Of a stretch of DNA of 20,000 nucleotides, positions 1 to 10,200 are shown one piece after another. How positions within the stretch are numbered: position 1 is the first letter of the stretch; each line of letters starts with the position of its first letter. The translations under genes and the position numbers were made by a program. The notes beneath the pieces were generated by a model, which was not told the DNA's origin, did no database searches, and worked only from the letters and a program-made list of their open reading frames with translations. The stretch is from an uncultured virus (IMG/VR IMGVR_UViG_3300031519_000014) (Duplodnaviria; Heunggongvirae; Uroviricota; Caudoviricetes), in the IMG/VR virus record IMGVR_UViG_3300031519_000014; one strand, 5' to 3'.

Positions 1-2
1 AT

Positions 3-473
3 GCAAGGATTCACGCAACATCAGCAGGAACGCAGTACTTATTTAAAGTTAGAGATTTTGCTAACTTAGAACTTATTAACATCACTGAAGATAAAAAATT
101 AACTATTAACACAGATACGGGTACAAGGGTTGGTTTCGGGGTTGCTTTTGTGAACAATACGGTTGTAAATATAAAAGGAGAAACGGGAGTTGATAAGGTT
201 TTACGAGTTATAGATAATTCATCAGCTAATATAGTTGAAGTTTGGAATAATAAAGACATTTTCATTGATTCTGCATCAGGTACTGAAATTGGAATTGGCA
301 GACCAAGAACGGCAGATACTTTTATGGATTTTAAACCTGGAGAGGCCGCTAAAAGTCAAATGAGATTAAGACACGGAGTTGCACCATCATCTCCTGTTGA
401 TGGGGATATGTGGACAACAACAGCAGGTTTATTTGTAAGAATAAATGGAGTTACAGTTGGGCCGTTAAGTTAA
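3..473 (+). CDS. C-terminal part of a putative tail fibre/structural protein (5' end outside the window)
   Basis: The frame of track ORF 150..473 is open back to base 3 (ARIHATSAGTQYLFKVRDF...), so GTG150 is probably internal. It ends in RLRHGVAPSSPVDGDMWTTTAGLFVRINGVTVGPLS, a motif I recognise from phage fibre C-termini. Confidence 0.7.
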   Translation, partial: ARIHATSAGTQYLFKVRDFANLELINITEDKKLTINTDTGTRVGFGVAFVNNTVVNIKGETGVDKVLRVIDNSSANIVEVWNNKDIFIDSASGTEIGIGRPRTADTFMDFKPGEAAKSQMRLRHGVAPSSPVDGDMWTTTAGLFVRINGVTVGPLS

Positions 474-488
474 TAAAAACAATAAAAA

Positions 489-545
489 ATGAGCCATTTA
501 ACAACAGATTTAGTATATGGGAAAAACGCTAGTGGATCAGTTTAA
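489..545 (+). pseudogene. 18-codon relic (MSHLTTDLVYGKNASGSV) of the small-protein family at 1525..1791
   Basis: atgagccatttaacaaca-gatttagta matches atgagtcatttaacaaca(caacaggcaaga)gatttagta at 1525 with a 12-nt deletion; upstream aataaaaaca(a/t)taa is also shared; then the sequence diverges and stops at TAA 543-545. Confidence 0.65.
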
Positions 546-559
546 TAAATAAATAAAAG
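544..559 (+). promoter_or_regulatory. Putative late promoter motif (AATAAATAAATAAAAG)
   Basis: ATAAATA core just upstream of ATG568; recurs before other genes; resembles the T4 gp55 late consensus TATAAATA. Confidence 0.45.
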
Positions 560-567
560 ATTAAATT

Positions 568-801
568 ATGGAGGAAACAACTATATACTTAACAGAACAA
601 CAGGCTACCGATTTAATAAGTCAAGGTAGCCGAGTCAGCGCGGGAAACGTATATCAACTATCAGCTAGGTATGATGGTTATAAGTACAGTTATGCTCTAA
701 AGGGAGATGCATTAGGGTTATCTGATTCATCGACTGCATCAGAAATAGATAGTGCATGGGTTACCTATATCCAACACACGTCTTATCAAGGAACTAAATA
801 A
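568..801 (+). CDS. Small hypothetical protein (77 aa), paralog of 1525..1791
   Basis: ATG with A-rich leader, abuts next gene. Shares LTxQQAxDLxxxGS, SxRxDGxxY, LGL, SA(W/F) and xGT motifs with the 88-aa ORF. Confidence 0.8.
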   Translation: MEETTIYLTEQQATDLISQGSRVSAGNVYQLSARYDGYKYSYALKGDALGLSDSSTASEIDSAWVTYIQHTSYQGTK

Positions 802-1488
802 ATGGGAGTACATTACCATAAACGACCAATCGTAAAGGATGGACTTGTCTATGAAATAGATGCAGGCAACAAAGTATCATATTCGGGAGCAGGCGTTACT
901 GCCTACGAGTTGGTCAATAGAAACAATGCTACCCTTATAAACGGCATAACCTTTTCAGACGATGCGTGGATACAAGATGGTGTTGATGATTACGTAGATA
1001 TGGGTCAACCAGCTGTGCTGGACATTGATGCATTTACATTCACTTCATGGTTCAAACCTACTGAAAATAATACGGGTATCTTTACAAGAGGTTCTTCAAG
1101 GGCAAACGAAACTACAAGAGATTTAGATATTTATGGTAATGGCACTAATTTAAGAGTCACAGCGATTAACACCGTTCCAGCATCTCTTATATCTCCTAGC
1201 GGTATTGAAACTCCTTTCCCGGCACTCAATGAATGGCATGAAGTTACAGTTACTTGGGATGGGACTACTGATGCTAATAAATTTATAGCTTATCTTAACG
1301 GTGATACCTTTGGTTCTTCTACTGCCGTAACCGCGACTATTGCAAAGAGATTTAATTTTCACCTTGGAGGCAAAGGCAGTTTCGTAGGTAAAAGCAGTTT
1401 AGGAGTACAAAGAGGTTATAACAGACCCTTAACGGCAACAGAGATATTACATAATTACGAAACACAAAAATCAAGATATGCACAATAA
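802..1488 (+). CDS. LamG/concanavalin A-like jelly-roll virion protein
   Basis: IVKDGLVYEIDAGNKVSY, NATLING, DGVDDYV, FTFTSWFK, NEWHEVTVTWDG, AYLNG, YNRPLTATEILHNYETQKSRY: the usual phage LamG-like pattern. Confidence 0.85.
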   Translation: MGVHYHKRPIVKDGLVYEIDAGNKVSYSGAGVTAYELVNRNNATLINGITFSDDAWIQDGVDDYVDMGQPAVLDIDAFTFTSWFKPTENNTGIFTRGSSRANETTRDLDIYGNGTNLRVTAINTVPASLISPSGIETPFPALNEWHEVTVTWDGTTDANKFIAYLNGDTFGSSTAVTATIAKRFNFHLGGKGSFVGKSSLGVQRGYNRPLTATEILHNYETQKSRYAQ

Positions 1489-1499
1489 TAAGACGTGCG

Positions 1500-1518
1500 T
1501 AAATAAATAAATAAAAAC
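1500..1518 (+). promoter_or_regulatory. Putative late promoter motif (TAAATAAATAAATAAAAAC)
   Basis: Overlapping ATAAATA cores just upstream of ATG1525. Confidence 0.45.
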
Positions 1519-1524
1519 ATTAAC

Positions 1525-1791
1525 ATGAGTCATTTAACAACACAACAGGCAAGAGATTTAGTAGAAGGCGGAAGCATTCTAAGGAGAATAATAGACGGAA
1601 CTTATTCGTTTCACAAATTTAGTGGAAGATTAGATGGTATGTACTATGAATGTGCAACACCTATGACTCACGATTTAGGACTTGATCAAAATACAAGTAA
1701 AACAGACGCAATATCCGCGTTTAAGGCGCATTTTGAAACAATTGAACACATGGGAACATCTCCTACTATTGAGGACACTACCAATTGGTAA
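1525..1791 (+). CDS. Small hypothetical protein (88 aa), paralog of 568..801
   Basis: Clean ORF in the operon with A-rich leader; aligns by eye with the 77-aa protein along most of its length. Confidence 0.8.
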   Translation: MSHLTTQQARDLVEGGSILRRIIDGTYSFHKFSGRLDGMYYECATPMTHDLGLDQNTSKTDAISAFKAHFETIEHMGTSPTIEDTTNW

Positions 1792-1812
1792 TATAAAAAC
1801 AAAAATAAAATT

Positions 1813-2064
1813 ATGGCGCATAATAACAAAACATATGCAATAGCTCAGATAACTGAATTAAATAATGTAGATTATTCACAAGTCCAACAGACATCTGCTG
1901 ATACGGTTCGTAAGAATGTTGCGGAAACAGAATTTGTATTAAAATGGATTGGTCACATGCCAAGCAGTGTATCAGCAATTACACCGACTATACCTACATA
2001 TACTCACGAAGAGATATTAGCAGTAATGGCAACCGAAGAATGGAATCCACCAATAGAAGAATAA
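1813..2064 (+). CDS. Small acidic hypothetical protein (83 aa), LamG-gene-associated phage family
   Basis: VDYSQVQQTSADTVRK...FVLKW...YTHEEILAVMATEEW resembles a small-protein pattern I recall next to LamG genes in aquatic phages (from memory). Stop is 1 nt before the next start. Confidence 0.8.
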   Translation: MAHNNKTYAIAQITELNNVDYSQVQQTSADTVRKNVAETEFVLKWIGHMPSSVSAITPTIPTYTHEEILAVMATEEWNPPIEE

Positions 2065-2065
2065 G

Positions 2066-2797
2066 ATGGGACAATTTGTACGTAGAGCAATATTAAAGGA
2101 CAATTTAAGGTACTCGTTTGATGGTGCTAATTTAATTATGCGTAAAGACGCTAATACTATAAGAGATGTTGTTGAGCATAGAGAACTCCTTTTAGAAAAT
2201 GGTACAACATTCTCTGACAAAGGTATAGTTTTTGATGGTGTCGATGACCAAGTTAATGTTGCGGGCAGTCCATTAAATCAAATAACTTTAAAAGCAGCAG
2301 ATAGACCTTATACACTTTCCACTTGGGTTCAAGAAGAAAGAAATATCTTTAGTTCATATATCATAAGTCGCTCAAGCGGTGCCGTGGTAATAGGAATGGG
2401 TCGAAATAGTGGACAAGCAGCATCAAATGAAGTGGTGGTTCAATGCCTTAGTCAGTTAATAAAAGGTGGTTCAGGTAATGGGTCTATTCCTGCAATAGTT
2501 CCTTATAATCAAGGAGATTGGATGAACATAGTTTATACTGCACCCTCAGATGTATTGGATGCTGAAATGTTTATTAATGGAATTAAGGTTGCTGATGTTA
2601 GCGATTCAATTAATCCCATAACGCAGTACGGTACGGATTCAGTAAATAATATATGGGTATTAGGTAGGTTGCAACTAAATGCCTTTAATCAATATACACT
2701 TCAAGGAACTCTCGGTCTAACAACTATACATAGTGCAGTATTAACTCCCGAACAGATACTATATAATTACGAAGTACAAAAACACAGATACTTATGA
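2066..2797 (+). CDS. LamG/concanavalin A-like jelly-roll virion protein
   Basis: ILKDNLRYSFDGAN, LENGTTF, FDGVDDQV, YTLSTWV, WMNIVYT, MFING, LTPEQILYNYEVQKHRY; ATGA overlap with next gene. Confidence 0.85.
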   Translation: MGQFVRRAILKDNLRYSFDGANLIMRKDANTIRDVVEHRELLLENGTTFSDKGIVFDGVDDQVNVAGSPLNQITLKAADRPYTLSTWVQEERNIFSSYIISRSSGAVVIGMGRNSGQAASNEVVVQCLSQLIKGGSGNGSIPAIVPYNQGDWMNIVYTAPSDVLDAEMFINGIKVADVSDSINPITQYGTDSVNNIWVLGRLQLNAFNQYTLQGTLGLTTIHSAVLTPEQILYNYEVQKHRYL

Positions 2798-4179
2798 GTG
2801 CGGGAGGATTTAGAGATATAGTAACAGATGGACTTATATTTCAAGTAGATGCTTCTAATAAGTTATCTTTTTCTGATGAAAGTTTAGATATAGTTGATTC
2901 GAATATTAGACTACATTGGGACTTTTCTAAGATAACGGGATTAAATAATCTCGATAACATATTGGCAGTTCCAGACCAAAGTGGAAACGGCTATACGGGA
3001 ACTTCCGCAGTAGGAGAAGAGTTTGTATTTCTTGAAAATTATACTGACCAAAATTTATCAGTTGGAGATGATGTTACCTCTGCTAATGGTGTACAAACTT
3101 CATCATATAGTGCGGATGGTATCTTGGAGTTACTTATAATGTATTCAACTTTCGATTATAGCAATGGAAATAGATTTTCGATGCCAACTTCAATCGGTCC
3201 ATTAGTTAACGGAATAACAATTAACCATACTACCTCAACAGCTTTTAGGAGTGTTAATAAATGGCAAGGAACGGCTACACAAGAAGTTTCGACTTGGACA
3301 ATACCCGACCAAAGTATAGATAGTTTACACATTTACGCATTAAAAATATCAGTATCAAATAAGTTAATGGAGTTATTTGTTGATGGAGTATCTTATGGAA
3401 CTAAACCAATAGATGCATCTGCAACGTCTATTTTAGCAACGTTAGGTGATACTTATTTAGGTCACGGTCAATCGGGAGCAACGGGTTCGGGTAACATAAA
3501 TTACGGTGAAATGTTTGTTGCAGAGGGTGTTTATAGTTCAATCAAAATAATCGAGTATTCAAATAGACTTACAAATAAGTGGGGTAATTTGTTTACTAAA
3601 AATATAGTTGCTCCAACTCAGATAGGGACGTTTACTAACGGTGCAACGGTTGTTAATAACGCTTATAGTTTCGATGGAACTGATGATTATATTAGTTGTC
3701 CGTTACTTCCAATAGCTGATTTAGGCTCTACATTTAGCTTTGAACAATGGATTTATATTGATACTTTTTTGGGGGAATATCGAACAGAATATAATGACAA
3801 TGCCAATAACAGAAATTTTTTAATTAAAGTTAGTGCAGGGAATCCAAATCTATTGAAGGCAACAGTAATAAATGCTTCAGTGAACGATAATTTGACGGCT
3901 ACAACTACGCCTGTAATAAATACGTGGTATCATATAGGATGTTCTGCGGTTGAAAATGGAAACGCTAAATTATACATTAACGGAGTTTTAGAAGATACAA
4001 TAGCTATAACTACTCTAACAAGTAGTGTTACTGATGGTTTTAATATTGGGTGCGACAGAAGCGCAGTCGGAAATTTCTTTAACGGGAAAGTTTCAAATAT
4101 GAAGATTTATGGAAACGTAGAATTAACACAAGGAGATTTTGAAAAAAATTACGAAGCAACTAAACATAGGTTTATATAA
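2794..4179 (+). CDS. Two-domain LamG/concanavalin A-like virion protein (one domain nested in the other)
   Basis: Outer domain: IVTDGLIFQVDASN ... FDGTDDYI, FSFEQWI, WYHIG, KLYING, FNGKVSNMKIY, NYEATKHRF. Inner domain: LHWDFS, DQSGNG, ELFVDG, YGEMFV, LTNKWG. Confidence 0.85.
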   Translation: MSAGGFRDIVTDGLIFQVDASNKLSFSDESLDIVDSNIRLHWDFSKITGLNNLDNILAVPDQSGNGYTGTSAVGEEFVFLENYTDQNLSVGDDVTSANGVQTSSYSADGILELLIMYSTFDYSNGNRFSMPTSIGPLVNGITINHTTSTAFRSVNKWQGTATQEVSTWTIPDQSIDSLHIYALKISVSNKLMELFVDGVSYGTKPIDASATSILATLGDTYLGHGQSGATGSGNINYGEMFVAEGVYSSIKIIEYSNRLTNKWGNLFTKNIVAPTQIGTFTNGATVVNNAYSFDGTDDYISCPLLPIADLGSTFSFEQWIYIDTFLGEYRTEYNDNANNRNFLIKVSAGNPNLLKATVINASVNDNLTATTTPVINTWYHIGCSAVENGNAKLYINGVLEDTIAITTLTSSVTDGFNIGCDRSAVGNFFNGKVSNMKIYGNVELTQGDFEKNYEATKHRFI

Positions 4180-4264
4180 GACGATATACCTAGGTCGCTC
4201 TACCTCGTAATTTAACATTACTTGTGGTTACTAATTGATTACTTCAGTTATATAATTCTTATTG

Positions 4265-4282
4265 GAATAAATAAAATAAAAG
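4265..4282 (+). promoter_or_regulatory. Putative late promoter motif (GAATAAATAAAATAAAAG)
   Basis: Near-copy of the 17-bp motif at 16116/16170; ends 9 nt before GTG4292. Confidence 0.55.
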
Positions 4283-4291
4283 TATCATTCC

Positions 4292-7200
4292 GTGAAGACT
4301 ACTAACAAATTCCAAAATATATCAGTTAAAGGATTCATCACAATCAAGGATCAATATACTCTGCCAACGGTGGACGGAGTATTTGGTCACATAATGATTA
4401 CTGATGGCGCCGGAGGCGTTACATTTCAAGCACCAAGTGCATTATCTTTAACGACAAATGACATAACCGAAGATCCATCTAACTTATATTTTACAAACGA
4501 AAGAGTTGACGATAGAGTTGACCAATTAATCATAGACGGTACAGGACTTACCTGGACTTATTTAGATGGAGCAGACACATTACAGGGTAATGTAGTATTA
4601 ACTCCGTTCACTACTACTGATTTATCAGAAGGAACTAATCAATATTACACGGGAGAACGAGTAGATGATCGTGTTTCTACTCTACTTCAAAATGGAACAG
4701 GAATTTCATGGTTATATTCAGATAATGGAACTAGCGCAGGAACTTTAACTCCAACTATAACGTTATCGCCGTTTGACACAGACGACCTTTCAGAGGGAGC
4801 AGTTAACAAATACGCAACAAACGAAAATATAGATGATAGGGTATCTAACTTAATACTTGACGGAACAGGTTTAACTTGGACATATAACAACCCGGCAAAT
4901 ACATTTACAGGGAATGTTTCATTATCCTCATTCGATACTGATGATTTATCTGAAGGAGCAATTAATAAGTATTATCTTGATGAAAGCGTAGCAGATTACC
5001 TAGGTAATACACTATTACAAGACACGGCTACTGTCACTTGGACATATAATGATATAGCAAACACACTAGAGGCAGATGCGGTATCACAGCCACTGCTGAT
5101 AGATATACAAAAAGGTGGAGGATTAATAGGATCAAGAGGAATTATTAACTTTATCGAAGGAGCTGGGGTTGCCTTATCAATTGCAGATAACGGAGCAAAT
5201 AGTAGAGTTGATGTAACAGTAACTAGCACGAGTACAGGAAATGCTGGAACTTTAAATAAAATATTATCAGAAAACTTACAAATTGGAGACGCCGATATTG
5301 AATCATTAAACTTTTCTAGTAAGTTTTCAGTAGTAGAAGCCCCAGACACATACGTAACTGTCGATATCACAATGTTAATTGAGGAACTTTCAGATGTATC
5401 TATGATTTCACCTGCGATAAATGGAGATATATTATTGTATAACGGTACAAGCGGACTATGGGAGAATGAATCGATAGTTGAGCTATTAACCCTTGATAAT
5501 CTATCAAACGTCGAATTAACATCTCCAATATTAAACGGACAGATTATAACATTTAATAATGGAACTGGGCTATGGACAAACAGTGATAGGAGTTTATACA
5601 CGTTAGATGAGGTAGAAACATCAATGTCGCCAATTAGTGGCGATATTATGAGATACAACACATCATCTAGTAAATGGGAAGCAGCTCGGCCATTTACTAT
5701 TATTAGTAGGAATGGCACACAGACCGGTGGATTATATCCAGAAGAACTTGATTTTTCTACTAAATTCTCAACAACAGTCAATGGAGGAAATCCAGCTAGG
5801 ATAGATGTAGATATTATAATGACATTAGACGAATTGACAAATGTTACAGTGTCTGCACCATCAAATGGAGAAATTATTAAATACAATTCAGGATCTGGAC
5901 AATGGGAAAATGCAGCAGATGGTTCATCTGTTATGTTACAAGACGTATATGATAATTCAACGCTTGGTAGAATAACAACAGACGTTACTAGAGGATCATT
6001 TGAAATAAAGCAAGGATCAGGATCTAATACTGATATTATATTAGAAGGAATTAATGATGTAGATGCTACTGTATTCTCATTAACAGGAGAAGGTAAGATA
6101 ACTGCTGGAGAATGGAATGGCACTGAGATTGGCATATTATACGGAGGTACAGGACAGACTACAGCCCAAGCGGCAATAGATGCGCTTACTCAAGTTTCAT
6201 CTGGTACTACTAGTCACGTATTAACAAAGGATGGTAGTGGTAATGCAACATGGCAAGCTACAGCAGCTGCGGATTTAACTATTATTCAAGTAGATGGAGT
6301 TCAGGTTTCAACAGGAGCACCTACTTTGGATTTTGATAGCACCTACTTTAGTTTAACTGAATCTCCCACTGATGATTTTGATATAACATTTTTACCGGGA
6401 GGAATTGACCATGACTCATTACTTAATTTTGTAACAAATGAACATATTGACCATACTAATGTTACAATCACAGCAGGATCAGGATTATCATATAGTGTAT
6501 TTGGAACTGATATATCACAAGACTCTACAATAGAGTTAGATATTAACAGCTTAACTACTGAATCTGTTATCGCAGGTACTGATTTCATTGCGTTCTGGGA
6601 CGTAATCGGAGTTACTAATAAAAAGATTACAGTTAATAACTTTCTAACTGGATTATCATTAGGATTAACACAGGTACTTTCAGCAGACAACACAACAAGT
6701 GGAAGAGATATCATAATAACAGCAGGTGATAATATAATATTTGAATCTGGAAGTTTCGGTTCAACTATCGGAACTGAGACACTTACTGCGGATTGGGTAG
6801 CAAATCTTCCTAACGCATCGGGCACATTGGCATTAACATCTCAGACTAATGGTACAATAGGACATGATACTGATTTAACTGGAGTTGTGTCAGATGAACA
6901 TATTGACCATACTCAAGTAACTCTAACTGCTGGCATCGGACTAACCGGAGGAGGCACTATCGCTGCAAACAGAACATTTGATTTAGATATCCCAGGACTT
7001 ACTGCTTTGTCTTCACCATTCGAACCTGTATCTGCGGATACATTTGCAATATACAACTCAGTATCAGCAGCACATGAAGAACTTACATTAACTCAACTGG
7101 CTAACGGAGTACAAACTGAACTTAGTTTAGTTGACGGATCTGGAACTAATAATTACATATCAAAATGGACTCCAGATGGAAACACATTAGGCGATTCGTT

Positions 7201-10200
7201 GATACAAGATGATGGAACTACATTAGGAATAGGAATTGCTCCTAACGCATCTTATTATTTACACTTATCGTCAAGCATACGAACTGGAGTATTCAATGAG
7301 ACATTCTATAACGGAGCACTTACTTCATGGGGATTACAAGTTTCTAATTCAGGTGTAGATACTGCTACTAATAAATTTGGCATACAAACCTCAGTTGGAA
7401 ATAATCCAACTTTAAATACTGGAATTTATTCTAGAGCATATTCAGCAGCAATAACAAATGTTGGTATTTTCGCAGAAGCAGTTGCAGCAACTAACAATTA
7501 TGCTATTAGATTAGTAGATGGAACTGAGACTACGGCAAATAGAGTTCTATCAAATATAGACACTAGTGGTCATGCACATTGGGTAGATCTTACTGAATCT
7601 ATGATTACTGATCTAGGATCATACGCATTAGAAACAACTACTATAACTGCAGGAATTGGTTTAGTTGGAGGAGGAGATATTTCAGCAAATAGAACAATCG
7701 ATTTAAATATCCCAGAACTTCCAGCGTTATCTGAAGGATCAATCGCATCCGCAGATACATTCGCAATGTATAATGCAAGTGTACCGGCTCATGAGGAAGT
7801 TACATTAACTCAAATCGCCGCAGGAATTCAAACTGAACTAGGTTTAGTTACAGGAGCGGCAGTCAATAATCAAGTTGCAGTATGGTCAGGAACTGATACA
7901 TTAGATGGAGATTCGGGATTTACTTTCGATGGAACAACATTAGTGGTTCCTAACTTAACAGTGAGTGGAACAACTACGACAATTGATTCAACTGTAGTTA
8001 CAATAGCAGATCCGGTTTTTCAAATTGGAGATGACGCAGTAGATGATAATAAAGATAGGGGTATTTCATTCTTATGGAATAACGGCGCGACTAAGGAAGG
8101 ATTCTTTGGATTAGACGATTCGACTGGACGATTTACCTTTATACCAGATGCGACTAATACGACAGAGGTATTCTCAGGAACATTAGGAGATGTTGAATTC
8201 GGTGGAATCTACGGGACTATACAAACGGTATCACAGACAAATATAACTGAAATAGGAACAATCACGACCGGAACCTGGAATGGCACTGCGATCGGAGATA
8301 CTTATATCTCAAGTGCAGCTACTTGGAACGCTCTTGTATCTAACGTAACGACAAACTTATCCGAAGGAGTAACTACTAATACTACGGTAGATGTAGATTC
8401 TTCTGATGGCACAAACGCTACTTTAGCTGCCGCTTCCACTATTAGAGCAGGTGTAATGACTAAAGCTAAATTTGATGAAGTCGTAGCTAATAACGCTAAA
8501 ATAAGCAATGTTTCTACAGATTTATCCCTTGGGCCAATATCAGCCACGGCAATGGATGTAAATTCAAGTGATGGTACTAATGTAACATTAACTGAGGCTG
8601 ACACTAACTTTGCTGGAGTAATGAGTGCTGCTAAATGGAACGAGATCGTAGCAAATACTTTAAAGAATACGAACGTATCAACTACTTTAAGTCAAGGTAC
8701 ATTAACAGCTACAACATATGGTATCACATCAGACGGTGGGGCAGACGATATAGTATTAATTGAAGCTGACACAAATAACGCAGGTTTATTAGGATCAGAC
8801 AAATGGGATGAGATCGTAGCTAACACTTTAAAGAATACAAATGTATCTACAACGCTAGCCGCAGGTACAATAACTGGGACAACATACGGAATTACTTCTG
8901 ATGGAGGAGCAGATGATATAATATTACCTCAAGCTACTATCACAGAAGCAGGTTTATTGGCTGCAGCCGATCAGGTAAAACTTAATAATACATCTGGTAC
9001 TAATACGGGAGATCAAACTTCAATCGTAGGAATTACTGGAACTAAGGCTCAATTTGACACAGAATTATCAGATGGTAACTTTATGTATATCGGAGATGCC
9101 CCTACCGCCCATACTCATTTACTTGCTGCAGGTGCAACTGACGTAACTGCAACTGCTGCTGAAGTAAACTTATTAGACTTAGCCGCGTTAACTGCAAGAG
9201 ATGTATTAGTAGCGTCAGGAGCAACAGCTGCTTCATGGAGACCATTAGTAGAGGCAGATATTTCAGATTTAGGAACCGGGTCAACTATGAATGCGGACAC
9301 TACTCTAGCTGGAAACGCATATTTCTTAGACGACGATACAATGGCTGGAAATGATGCAACTAAGGTCGCATCTCAGCAATCAATAGTTGCTTATGTATCC
9401 TCGGAAATAGCTTCTGCTATTACAACAGGGATGGATTACAAAGGAGCGTATAATGCTTCTACTAATACACCAGATTTAGATACATCTCCAATTGCAGCAA
9501 ACATAGGGGATGTATATGCAGTAACCGTAGCAGGTACATTTTTTACTGTATTAGTTGAAGCAGGAGACATATTAATAGCGAATCAGAATACTCCTACAGT
9601 TGAGGCTCATTGGGATGTAGTTCAAGCGAACTTAACACCTGCTTCTATTAAAACTCAATATGAATCTAACGCAGATACAAATGCATTCACTGATGCTGAA
9701 CAGACGTCTATAGGACATATTTCAGTGACTCAAGCCGTGAATTTAGATACAATGGAGTCTGATATCGCACTTAATAATGCTAAAGTAACTAATGTATCTA
9801 CTGATTTATCATTAGGAACACTTAGTGCTACTACAATGATTGTTAATTCATCAGACGGCACAAACGCTACTCTTATAGAAGCAGATACTACTAATGCAGG
9901 ACTATTAGGATCTGACAAATGGGATGAGATCGTAGCTAATACTTTAAAGAATACAAATATATCAACTTCACTAAGTACAGGAACGGTTACTTCCACTACG
10001 TATGCTATCACATCTGACGGAGGAGCAGATGACGTAGTATTAGTAGAAGCAACTACGTCATCTGCTGGACTATTAGGATCTGATAAATGGGATGAGATCG
10101 TAGCTAATACTGCCAAGGTATCAAATATTACACAAACTTCTATTGTGGGAATTACTGGAACAAAGGCTCAGTTTAATACTGAATTATCAGATGGGACATT

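Noticed and set aside
11..2220. Short minus-strand ORFs 11..265, 1150..1362, 2017..2220
   Set aside because: Fully overlap better-supported plus-strand genes; no recognisable motifs.
802..4179. Shufflon-type invertible tail-fibre cassettes
   Set aside because: All LamG genes are complete, co-oriented and have their own starts; no inverted crossover sites or invertase were seen.
4177..4200. TAAGACG after two LamG genes (1489 and 4177) and palindrome ACCTAGGT at 4188-4195 as recombination site or terminator
   Set aside because: Only 7-8 bp, absent after LamG2, no U-tract and no recombinase nearby; cannot be distinguished from chance.
8798..10111. Near-identical repeats as a DGR template/variable pair or CRISPR array
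   Set aside because: All copies are in-frame coding, mismatches in the best stretches are synonymous C/T rather than adenine-specific, intervening DNA is homologous rather than unique spacers, and no reverse transcriptase or cas gene is in the window.
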